Shown piece by piece: positions 20,670 to 28,421 of a stretch of 64,000 bases of DNA. Numbering within the stretch: the stretch's first letter is position 1; the number at the start of each line of letters is the position of its first letter. This stretch comes from Thermodesulfovibrionales bacterium (GTDB lineage Bacteria > Nitrospirota > Thermodesulfovibrionia > Thermodesulfovibrionales > UBA1546): positions 3,584-67,583 of the forward strand of contig JBAQLV010000027.1 in the NCBI GenBank assembly GCA_049302185.1, given 5' to 3'. Under the pieces are notes generated by a model. It was not told where the DNA came from and ran no database searches. It worked only from the letters and a program-made list of their open reading frames with translations. The position numbers and the translations under genes were made by a program.

Positions 20670-21545
20670 ATGTATTTTCAGGAACTGATTTTAAAGCTTC
20701 ACGAATTCTGGTCAAAGCAGGGCTGCGTCCTGCTCCAGCCTTATGACATTGAGGTCGGCGCAGGGACATTCCATCCTGCAACCTTCTTCAAAGTCCTCGG
20801 GCCCGAGCCGTGGAAAACAGCTTATGTCGAACCTTCAAGAAGGCCTACAGACGGCAGATACGGCGAGAACCCGAACAGGCTTCAGCATTATTATCAGTAT
20901 CAGGTGATCCTTAAGCCCTCGCCAAATGAAAGTCAGGAGATTTATCTTGAAAGCCTCACATATCTCGGCATAGAACCTCAAAAACATGACATACGGTTTG
21001 TGGAAGATGACTGGGAATCACCGACGCTCGGCGCATGGGGGCTTGGATGGGAGGTCTGGCTTGACGGAATGGAGATAACACAGTTCACATATTTTCAGCA
21101 GGTAGGAAGCATTGATCTGAAGCCTGTGTCGCTTGAGATAACATACGGACTTGAAAGAATTGCCATGTACCTCCAGAATGTAGACAATGTATTCAACCTT
21201 GAGTGGTCCAAGGGCATAAAATACGGCGACATTCACCATATCGGCGAGGTGGAATTTTCAAAATATAACTTTGATTACGCAGACACAGAACTTCTCATAA
21301 AACAATTTGAAGCTTATGAAAAAGAATCCATAAGACTGCATGAACTCGGACTCGTTCTTCCGTCATATGAGTTCTGTCTTAAGTGTTCTCACACATTCAA
21401 TCTTCTTGATGCAAGGGGAGCTATCTCTGTAACAGAGAGAACAGGCTACATTGCGCGTGTGAGAAACCTTGCGAGACTGTGCGCACATGCGTATATGAAA
21501 CAAAGAGAAGAGATGGGATTCCCGCTGCTGAAGACTTCAATTTGA
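20670..21545 (+). CDS. glyQ: Glycine--tRNA ligase alpha subunit
   Basis: [39 protein letters not shown]... shows near-universal GlyQ conservation. Confidence 0.95.
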   Translation: MYFQELILKLHEFWSKQGCVLLQPYDIEVGAGTFHPATFFKVLGPEPWKTAYVEPSRRPTDGRYGENPNRLQHYYQYQVILKPSPNESQEIYLESLTYLGIEPQKHDIRFVEDDWESPTLGAWGLGWEVWLDGMEITQFTYFQQVGSIDLKPVSLEITYGLERIAMYLQNVDNVFNLEWSKGIKYGDIHHIGEVEFSKYNFDYADTELLIKQFEAYEKESIRLHELGLVLPSYEFCLKCSHTFNLLDARGAISVTERTGYIARVRNLARLCAHAYMKQREEMGFPLLKTSI

Positions 21546-21571
21546 GACCCCTGAAAAAGTCTTTTGGGGGT

Positions 21572-21602
21572 GTCATTGCGAGCCGAAGGCGAAGCAATCT
21601 CG
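21572..21602. repeat. REP/MITE-like palindromic element (GTCATTGC...GCAAT variant)
   Basis: gtcattgcgagccgaaggcgaagcaatctcg lies directly after the glyQ stop. It is related in design to the GTCATTCC...GGAATGAC elements at 28323-28382 and 42610-42674. Confidence 0.5.
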
Positions 21603-21747
21603 CAGTTTGCTGATATATTAATGGGTTATGTCAATTTTATTTTACAAAAAAGCCTATTTCTGCTACACTTGTTTTGTCGCTTAATAACATTGTTGTGTGT
21701 AATAAAAAAATAGATAACGGCATAGACAAATGTTATAGGAGGGATCA

Positions 21748-22776
21748 ATGAAAAAAGCAAAAGAAAAAAAGAGCATTAAAGTTCCACCATATCCAAGGCA
21801 TTCTCTTGAGAAAGCACTTCGTATTCCGAAGGGAATATTGGAGCAGAACGCAGGGAAAGAATGCACAGATCAAGAATCGGCCAATTATGTTGGGGTAAAG
21901 TATAACCGTGGTCCTTACTATCTTGAAATTAATTCTGCTATAAAGTTTGGCTTGCTTGAACGTCCAGAAGCGGGGAAGATTAAACTCACAGAAATAGCAC
22001 GAAAAATATTAAAACCTCAAGAAAAAAACGATCAGCTTTCAGGCCTAAGAGAAGCAATATTAAGGGCTCCAGTTATTTCGGAAATTGTCTCTCATTACAG
22101 AGGTGAAAATCTACCGGATTCTGTCTTTTTTGATAATGCACTCACCGATAAGTTTAAAATCCCTGCCGAAAAGTTAAGCGAGTTTAAGGCAATATTCTTT
22201 GAAAGCTTGAAAACGGCAGCCTTAATTTCCGATCACGATGGCAAGCTTAGAGTTGCTGATATTTCTGCTGAGGCTTCGGCACATGAAAAAGCCAGCGAGT
22301 CATTTAAGAAACTTGAAAAGACTACAAAGGTTAAGACTGGTGACACATGTTTTGTTATGATGCCATTTGCCGACCCTTTAGGTTCATACTATGAAAAAGT
22401 TTATAAACCAGCCATAGAAAAAGCTGGCTTGACACCTATTCGGGCTGATAACGAGCTTTTTGGAACAGGCAAAATAATTGACCAAATCTGGACTGGCATT
22501 AACTCAGCAAAAGTATTGATTGCAGAACTGACAGATAGGAACCCTAATGTTTTTTATGAATTAGGTTTAGCTCATGCATTGCAAAAACCTGTTGTATTGA
22601 TTTCATCAAACGAAAAAGATGTTCCTTTTGACCTTCACCATATAAGGGTAATCTATTACGATGTTACAGATCCTTTTTGGGGAAATAAGCTGATAGAAAA
22701 AGTTGCAGAGAATATCCTTTCAGCCATTAAGAACCCGGAAGAGGCAATATTTAAACGGCATTCAGCAGGACTATAA
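21748..22776 (+). CDS. Two N-terminal winged-helix-like modules fused to a nucleoside 2-deoxyribosyltransferase-like (TIR-related Rossmann) domain
   Basis: The C-terminal 150 aa read CFVMMPFADPLGSYYEKVYKPAIEKAGL...AKVLIAELTDRNPNVFYELGLAHALQKPVVLISS. This matches the FxMxPF ... NVxxExGxAxaxxKPV pattern of NDT/Rcl-like folds, including the catalytic-position Glu. AGGAGGG RBS lies 4 nt upstream. Confidence 0.6.
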   Translation: MKKAKEKKSIKVPPYPRHSLEKALRIPKGILEQNAGKECTDQESANYVGVKYNRGPYYLEINSAIKFGLLERPEAGKIKLTEIARKILKPQEKNDQLSGLREAILRAPVISEIVSHYRGENLPDSVFFDNALTDKFKIPAEKLSEFKAIFFESLKTAALISDHDGKLRVADISAEASAHEKASESFKKLEKTTKVKTGDTCFVMMPFADPLGSYYEKVYKPAIEKAGLTPIRADNELFGTGKIIDQIWTGINSAKVLIAELTDRNPNVFYELGLAHALQKPVVLISSNEKDVPFDLHHIRVIYYDVTDPFWGNKLIEKVAENILSAIKNPEEAIFKRHSAGL

Positions 22777-22866
22777 TGCGGCAGTTAAGGCGACCGGAAA
22801 TAAGCGCGATTTGTTCTTATCCACGGCGGTTGCCCCGACGAGTTATTTTTATCGTTGTGATTTGAA

Positions 22867-23823
22867 ATGAACACTCCACCAAAACCAGATAGGCAAGGCG
22901 TCAGCAAACTTGAATTCTTTTTTTCTTCCGTGGGATGGCTGTTCAGAGAGCAATATTTGCATGACTATGGGATAGACGCTCAAGTTGAAATAGTCAAAGA
23001 TAATAAACCTACAGGAGATTTAATAGCCATTCAAGTCAAATCGGGGGCAAGTTATTTCTCTGAGCGCACAGCGACGGAAATTATTTATCGTGCTGATAAC
23101 AGGCATATAGAATATTGGATGAGGCACTGCCTACCTGTTATTGTTGTCTTGTATAATCCAGAAGAAGATATTTTATACTGGGAAAACGTTTCAGAAAAAA
23201 CAATTACCGTTACAGGCAAAGGCTGGAAAGTTAGTATCCCAAAAAATAAACACCTCACCCCCGAGAGCCTAACCGAGGTTTGCATGTTGACCCAACCTCC
23301 CCCGTATATCCAGAAGCTTAATAAATTACGGCTCGACAAAACTTGGATTGACTTGATCGCCGCGGGTGAGGTCATATATATAGAATTTGAAGATTGGATC
23401 AATAAGTCTCTGCCAAGGTTTGCTATCAGAATTGGATGCGATACAAGGAATGATATTGAGGAACAATCCTGGCCAACACTTTATGGCATAGGCCTTTCAA
23501 TAGAGGCAGCTATCAGATATGTCTTGCCTTGGGCAGAAATTGAAGTCGACGAAGACGCCTACCGCGATTCAATGGAAACAGTATGGCAAGATGAATGCTA
23601 TATGGGGCGTGATTCAGATGATGATAGCGTATTTTATTCGACACCATTTGAAAAATGGTACCAACCTCCAAAAGGTATCGTACCAGTCTCTGAAGACGGA
23701 GAAGTTGAAAAATATAGATTAATATTATCCTTAAATGCACTAGGGAATGCATTTCTTATAATGGACGACTTTTTAGTAGAAGAAGACTACCTTCAAGGGA
23801 GAACTTTTACATTAGAATTATAA
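22867..23823 (+). CDS. DUF4365-type PD-(D/E)xK nuclease-fold protein with an uncharacterised acidic C-terminal domain
   Basis: The N-terminus reads FFFSSVGWLFREQYLHDYGIDAQVEIVKDNKPTGDLIAIQVKSGASYF. This gives a D...E.(V/I)...QVK arrangement typical of DUF4365. The C-terminal 180 aa matched no motif. Confidence 0.6.
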   Translation: MNTPPKPDRQGVSKLEFFFSSVGWLFREQYLHDYGIDAQVEIVKDNKPTGDLIAIQVKSGASYFSERTATEIIYRADNRHIEYWMRHCLPVIVVLYNPEEDILYWENVSEKTITVTGKGWKVSIPKNKHLTPESLTEVCMLTQPPPYIQKLNKLRLDKTWIDLIAAGEVIYIEFEDWINKSLPRFAIRIGCDTRNDIEEQSWPTLYGIGLSIEAAIRYVLPWAEIEVDEDAYRDSMETVWQDECYMGRDSDDDSVFYSTPFEKWYQPPKGIVPVSEDGEVEKYRLILSLNALGNAFLIMDDFLVEEDYLQGRTFTLEL

Positions 23824-23839
23824 AGATCATGAAAAGATC

Positions 23840-23932
23840 ACACAACAAAAACATCCAGCCGACAGGGTTTCAGCCTGGTTTGATTTTCATTCAAGCCTAC
23901 TTGCCCCCTGCGGCTGATGCATCTCGTTACAC
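23840..23932 (+). other. attC-like recombination site 1 (93 bp)
   Basis: ACACAAC-aaaaac-ATCCAGC-cgacaggg...ccctgcg-GCTGATG-catctc-GTTACAC. The arms catcCagccgAcaggg (23852-23867) and ccctgcggctgatg (23906-23919) pair. Two unpaired bases remain on the 5' arm, 5 nt apart. Confidence 0.7.
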
Positions 23933-23965
23933 ATAATAAAAATAATGATATGAAACAATGAAAAG

Positions 23966-23974
23966 TGCTATAAT
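23966..23974 (+). promoter_or_regulatory. Extended -10 promoter element (TGcTATAAT) in front of the methyltransferase
   Basis: TGCTATAAT at 23966-23974. The ATG at 23990 lies only 16 nt downstream with no Shine-Dalgarno, so the transcript would be leaderless or have a very short leader. Confidence 0.35.
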
Positions 23975-23989
23975 TTGGCGAGATTAAAA

Positions 23990-25426
23990 ATGCAAACCAT
24001 AACACAGTCATCTTTTTATCCGATTTCGTTAGATGAGATAAAGGCAAAAGTCACCAAAAAAAATGGCAGACGCAATGGCTTATCTAATGGCAAGCTACAA
24101 CAAATTGCTTTATTTAATAATCAGCCGTTAGATAATGTCAAAGAAATAATAAATGAATTCGGAGAAAAGATTATTCGGGTTGATGGAGAAATTCCAGTAG
24201 ATTTACCAGTTAAAGACGGAAATAGGTTTTTATTTATTAGTTATGACCAAAGCACTTTAACTCACGGATTACATAAGTACCCTGCCAAATTTTTCCCTGA
24301 ATTACCTCGTTGGCTGATTAAACGATATTCCAAAGAAGGCGATACAATTCTTGACCCATTCTCTGGTAGCGGCACAACAAATATTGAAGCACTTCTTACA
24401 AGGAAACATTCTATTGGCATTGATGTTGACCCATTCTCACGCTATCTCTCGAAGGTAAAGATAACACCTTTAGTTGAAAAGGAATTGCAGTCTGTTCAAA
24501 AATATCTTTTGAGATTCATTTTGAACTATAAGCCTTCAAAAGTTTCTGTAAAAGACATACCTGTCTTTCCTTATAGAGACAATTGGTTTAATAAAGAAAT
24601 TATTCTTGAATTGGCGTATCTAAAGAAAATCATAGAGGTTCTTGATACATCCGAAAACATAAAAGATTTTTTCAGGATTTGTTTATCGTCCATAATTCGT
24701 GGTGTGTCTAATGCTGATGACAATTGTACAAGGACTGTAATACGGAAAAAATTAAATAAAAAGGTTTACCCTGCTGACGCCCTGAAAAAGTTTGCTGAAG
24801 TTATACTGATTAATGTTCCAAAGATGATAGAGTTTTCTCAAAAGTGCCCAATGGATATAAGGGTTAATTTTCCTGATACGATGGATGCAAGGAATATTAA
24901 CTATAAAGATTTTTTTGATTTAGCAGTAACCTCCCCACCATATGCTAATGCAGTAGATTATCCACGAACTCATCAACTTGAAAGCTACTGGCTGGGATTA
25001 ACCAGTGGTTCTTTAACTCCTTTGAAGAAAAAGCATGTAGGAACAGAGAGCGTTTCATCAAACGAATATAAGAAATTACATAAGATTGGAGTTAAGGAAG
25101 CTGATATGACACTATCAAGAATTTTTAAAAAGGATACTAGACGGGCGTATATCGCTTTTAAATATTTGGATGATATGAGATTGAATTTATCAGAAGTCCA
25201 TAAGGCTTTGAAAAAAGATGGAAGATATGTGGTTGTTGTCGGTAATAACAAAATCCGCGGCGAATTATTTGAAAATTGGAAATACATAATGGAGTTAGCA
25301 AAGAATATCGGTTTTAGAATTGAAAATTATTTTGCCTCCGAAATTATCAAGCATTTTATAAAAGTCCCGAGAGAGGAACGTATAAATACCGACTGGATTA
25401 TCGTTTTACAAAAAATAAACTTATGA
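23990..25426 (+). CDS. DNA amino-methyltransferase (N4-cytosine or N6-adenine), type II R-M M subunit
   Basis: Motif I is ILDPFSGSGTTNIEA. Motif IV is AVTSPPYANAVDY, about 190 aa later (order I then IV). The track start at 23975 is a TTG. I prefer the ATG at 23990. Confidence 0.8.
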   Translation: MQTITQSSFYPISLDEIKAKVTKKNGRRNGLSNGKLQQIALFNNQPLDNVKEIINEFGEKIIRVDGEIPVDLPVKDGNRFLFISYDQSTLTHGLHKYPAKFFPELPRWLIKRYSKEGDTILDPFSGSGTTNIEALLTRKHSIGIDVDPFSRYLSKVKITPLVEKELQSVQKYLLRFILNYKPSKVSVKDIPVFPYRDNWFNKEIILELAYLKKIIEVLDTSENIKDFFRICLSSIIRGVSNADDNCTRTVIRKKLNKKVYPADALKKFAEVILINVPKMIEFSQKCPMDIRVNFPDTMDARNINYKDFFDLAVTSPPYANAVDYPRTHQLESYWLGLTSGSLTPLKKKHVGTESVSSNEYKKLHKIGVKEADMTLSRIFKKDTRRAYIAFKYLDDMRLNLSEVHKALKKDGRYVVVVGNNKIRGELFENWKYIMELAKNIGFRIENYFASEIIKHFIKVPREERINTDWIIVLQKINL

Positions 25427-25917
25427 CAAATACCGAAGATAAAGGAAGACAAGCGTCTGTAGAAGGTTTTGCTAATGAGCATATCGTAGCTGGTCTTTTA
25501 ATGAAAAAATATCAGAATGTTTCTCTTGTAGATTTACCTCTATCACCTTACGACATTATAATTGTTCGGAAACTTGAAACTGGCGGTGAAGATATTATCA
25601 GGGCACAAGTTAAAACGGCAAGAACAAGCGTAAGTTTTACTGGCGGTACAAGAGGCGGCGTTGACAGAGAATATAAGTCTGATGTTAAAACTTACACTCA
25701 ATCTCCAGAAACTTCTGATGTCATCATTGGCTTAAAACCATTGGAGAATGGGGCTTTTGATATGTATTTCATTCCGACTATCCTTATTGCCATTTGGGGA
25801 ACAAAAAGCAAGGGACTTGGGATTATTGAACCATTAAAAAATAATTACTTTATTCTTGAAAACTGTAAGAATAAAGACTTGATACTTAATAAGTGCAAAG
25901 AATATAGAATTATTTAA
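25423..25917 (+). CDS. Small PD-(D/E)xK endonuclease, putative cognate restriction enzyme
   Basis: ATGA start/stop overlap with the methyltransferase. FANEHIVAGLLMKKYQNVSLVDLPLSPYDIIIVRK...IIRAQVKTA fits the E...D...(Q)VK pattern of small PDDEXK endonucleases. Confidence 0.6.
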   Translation: MTNTEDKGRQASVEGFANEHIVAGLLMKKYQNVSLVDLPLSPYDIIIVRKLETGGEDIIRAQVKTARTSVSFTGGTRGGVDREYKSDVKTYTQSPETSDVIIGLKPLENGAFDMYFIPTILIAIWGTKSKGLGIIEPLKNNYFILENCKNKDLILNKCKEYRII

Positions 25918-25991
25918 TTTCAGGACTTCTTGCCATCTCCTTTGATTTATTCTGTGACCAATTATCTGTGGTGATAATGAAAGTATTTAAT

Positions 25992-26048
25992 GTGTAACAA
26001 ATCATTAGAGCGGATGCAAAATAGCACCGCTCAATTCAGCCGTTAGAC
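25992..26048 (+). other. attC-like recombination site 2 (57 bp)
   Basis: GTGTAAC-aaatca-TTAGAGC-ggatgcaaaatagcacc-GCTCAAT-tcagcc-GTTAGAC. R' matches GTTRRRY exactly. gagcggAtgc pairs with gcaccgctc, leaving an unpaired A. Confidence 0.75.
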
Positions 26049-26134
26049 TATGAATGAGACCGCGCGGGACCCTTCTCCAATTTCCCTCTCACCTCTTCTC
26101 GGACAAGAAAGTCCTGCAATCCCTGTTGTACGCA

Positions 26135-27328
26135 CTACCACTCAATTTTCTGCGTCTTTAAAAAATTCTGCGCTGCCTTATCTCCTAACCTCGCAGCCTT
26201 CCTGATGTCTTCCACGGCTTTATACGTATCGCCAAGCAGCCCATAAACCCTGCCGCGGTTGAAATAAGCTGCAGAATCGCCGGGATTCAACTCCACAGCC
26301 TTGTTAAAATCCTCAAGCGCCTTGTGATAATTTCCCGATTCGGCATAAGCAAGTCCACGGTAAAAATAAGCCTTCTCATATTCGGGATTTAACTTTATGG
26401 CACGGCTGAAATCTTCAAGCGCCTGTTGTTCTTTCCCCAGCGCACCATAGGCAACTCCGCGATAGCAATAAGCCTCTTCATGTTTGGGACTCAATTTTGC
26501 AGCCATGGAGTAGTCCTTAACAGCCTGCTGATAACTGCCCGACCTTAGATAGGCATTCCCTCGGGAGACATAAGCCTTAGCATATTTAGGATTTAGCTTT
26601 ATAGCCTTTGCAATGTCTTTAACAGCCTGATTATTGTTGCCGGCTTCCCCATAGGCATTCCCTCGAAAGACATAAAACTTCTCATTATTCGGGTTTAATT
26701 TTATGGCCTTCGTAAACGCCTCGACTGCTTTCTGCGGGTTGCCGGAATTCACAAGCACACACCCATTTTCAAACCAGTCAATTGCGCTTAGAACCTTTAC
26801 TGCTTCATTATACCCCGATATTATCGGGGCTGTCTTTCCATCTGCACTGCCTGCTTCCTGCAATTCTTTTAATTTTTCAATTTTTCTCAAAAGCGCTTCT
26901 GCTTTTCTCTTCACCTCTTCCATCTCTCTCATATATCCCTTATTCCTATTGAGAATGGCAATAGACTTAACTATCTCATCAGGATTAACAGAAACCCCTG
27001 CTTTAACATAAAAGGTATTCTTATCCCATTTCTGTTCTATCACCTCAGTCCTTACAATTACCGAGATAAGAGCCATAGCCTGATTTTTAGTGAGTTGAAG
27101 GTTTTTTATCACTGCCTTGCTATTAAGATAATTCTCTATTTCCTCGAATAAAATCCTTTTCACATTCTCCATCGCAACTATACGGGCAGAACCCTTGTTG
27201 TCAAGCTCTCCTGCCTGATAGGTATAATCCTTCTGAAAAGAAACCGTTTCAGCAAAAGCAGTCCCTGCCGGCAGAAATGTAAAAGCAATGAGCAGCAAAA
27301 GATATATGAAACACTTAACGCTTGTCAC
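26135..27328 (-). CDS. Secreted TPR-repeat protein
   Basis: Signal peptide, then about 6 consecutive 34-aa TPR units (AxxxFxKAIKLNPxxxxAYxxRGxAY). Confidence 0.8.
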   Translation of the reverse strand: MTSVKCFIYLLLLIAFTFLPAGTAFAETVSFQKDYTYQAGELDNKGSARIVAMENVKRILFEEIENYLNSKAVIKNLQLTKNQAMALISVIVRTEVIEQKWDKNTFYVKAGVSVNPDEIVKSIAILNRNKGYMREMEEVKRKAEALLRKIEKLKELQEAGSADGKTAPIISGYNEAVKVLSAIDWFENGCVLVNSGNPQKAVEAFTKAIKLNPNNEKFYVFRGNAYGEAGNNNQAVKDIAKAIKLNPKYAKAYVSRGNAYLRSGSYQQAVKDYSMAAKLSPKHEEAYCYRGVAYGALGKEQQALEDFSRAIKLNPEYEKAYFYRGLAYAESGNYHKALEDFNKAVELNPGDSAAYFNRGRVYGLLGDTYKAVEDIRKAARLGDKAAQNFLKTQKIEW

Positions 27329-27335
27329 AGGCGCC

Positions 27336-28145
27336 TCACCTTACCTCAGGAGATGCAGCCGGGTCAAAAGGATTTGTCCTCACAGCAAGGGAAAACAGAT
27401 AAGGATAACTTTCCTTCAGATGTTTCATATACGCCAGCCACTCTGTTATCAGCATAATATACGCCCTTTTTATATCACCCGAAAGATGTTGATAATCAGC
27501 ATCGGGCAGGGTTCTCAAATCTTTCCTGTGTGATAATTCCTCGGTCAGATGTGTTACTGCCCACAGAAGGTCAGTGAAAGATTCGTGTTCCAGTAAATTA
27601 GGATTTTGCAGAAGGGCGAGTAAAAACCTTCTTTCTCCGACAAGAAAATCCCTCAGGCCTTCAATATCACCCCTGTTGATCTCAATTTTGCAGTCATAAT
27701 TCTTGACATATTTTTTCACCATTGAAAATTCCTGTCCCGCCCAATTACCTGCGACAACAAGCCTTACACCTATTTTGTCAGACTGAGAATCAAAAGCGGA
27801 GAGGGATTTCAGAAGCGCTGTGCCGGCCTCGCTGAAAAAAACCCCTACGACCATATTCATCTTCTTCAGCATCGCGCGTTTTTCTCTCTCGTTCAGCAAA
27901 CGGTGTATAATCAGCGTGACGAGCAGTACTTCAATGGGGACAAATGCGATATCACCTAACAGATAAAGAAGAATATGGTGACTATCTCTGAAAATTGCAA
28001 AATGGAGAAGGTAAAGAACAGCGGAGAGCGCAACCAGAGAAATGCCCAGAAGAACCTGCCAATTGAAGATTTTTTTCACCTGTAAGTACCCATCTTTCTC
28101 ATACTGGCTTGTCCAGCATCCTTCTTCAAGAAAGATTCTGGGCAA
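27336..28145 (-). CDS. Hypothetical membrane protein (start uncertain)
   Basis: Two TM helices followed by a soluble domain. No motif recognised. The first ~22 codons of the track ORF coincide with REP-like hairpins (28100-28156), so a GTG start at 28079 is plausible. Confidence 0.5.
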   Translation of the reverse strand: MPRIFLEEGCWTSQYEKDGYLQVKKIFNWQVLLGISLVALSAVLYLLHFAIFRDSHHILLYLLGDIAFVPIEVLLVTLIIHRLLNEREKRAMLKKMNMVVGVFFSEAGTALLKSLSAFDSQSDKIGVRLVVAGNWAGQEFSMVKKYVKNYDCKIEINRGDIEGLRDFLVGERRFLLALLQNPNLLEHESFTDLLWAVTHLTEELSHRKDLRTLPDADYQHLSGDIKRAYIMLITEWLAYMKHLKESYPYLFSLAVRTNPFDPAASPEVR

Positions 28146-28156
28146 GCCAGAATGAC
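28100..28156. repeat. REP/MITE-like double hairpin element
   Basis: catactggcttgtccagcatcc + gattctgggcaagccagaatgac. About 40 nt (28119-28157) recur at 28343-28383. Confidence 0.6.
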
Positions 28157-28322
28157 ATTTTCATTGCCCTTTGTGTCTCTTTGAGGCATGTGTCTTTCAT
28201 ATTTGAATACCAATGCTCCGTCATTGCTAATGCTTCATAGACAATCTATCAGACCATGCTTCTCTTGTCAATAATCTCTCATAAGGTTATAATTTAACAT
28301 TGTGTGGTAAACAAAGTCTGTT

Positions 28323-28382
28323 GTCATTCCCGCTCGTCGGGAATCCTTCTTTAAAAAAAGATTCTGGGCAAGCCAGAATGAC
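28323..28382. repeat. REP/MITE-like element with GTCATTC / GAATGAC termini
   Basis: GTCATTCCcgctcgtcgggaatcc ttctttaaaaaaa gattctgggcaagccaGAATGAC. Two 7-bp-stem hairpins sit between inverted termini, 40 nt upstream of glyS. Confidence 0.65.
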
Positions 28383-28421
28383 AGCAACAGGAAACAATGA
28401 GTTCAAAGGGGTAAAATTTAA

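Larger units (their letters stand above)
21692..26048 (+). mobile_element. Integron-type gene-cassette array without an adjacent integrase (CALIN-like): two cassettes, 21693-23926 and 23927-26042
   Basis: Two attC-like sites with the canonical box layout. Each R'' box is the perfect reverse complement of the GTTxxxx box at the 5' boundary of its own cassette (ACACAAC/GTTGTGT and GTGTAAC/GTTACAC). The region is visibly more A/T-rich than its flanks. Confidence 0.7.

Noticed and set aside
21634-21698. A possible attC or attI upstream of the first cassette. It would use L'-like GCTTAAT at 21679-21685 and the R' box GTTGTGT at 21692-21698.
   Set aside because: Only the right half (L'-spacer-R') looks canonical. 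No matching R''/L'' boxes appear at the expected spacing, and no integrase gene is nearby. I report only the R' box as the cassette boundary.
22777-22866. The spacer between the two ORFs of cassette 1, considered as a third attC site. It has an imperfect inverted repeat ggcgaccg/cggttgcc and ends in GTTGTGA.
   Set aside because: There is no R''-type xxxxAAC box on the left side. The 7-6-7 box spacing cannot be laid out, and the arms pair only with a large bulge. The GTTGTGA box is 6/7 complementary to the R'' of site 1, so it stays as an alternative boundary. I do not call it an attC.
23838-24047. A 69-aa minus-strand ORF.
   Set aside because: It spans attC-like site 1 and the methyltransferase promoter and start, and no RBS or motif was recognised. 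It is probably spurious.
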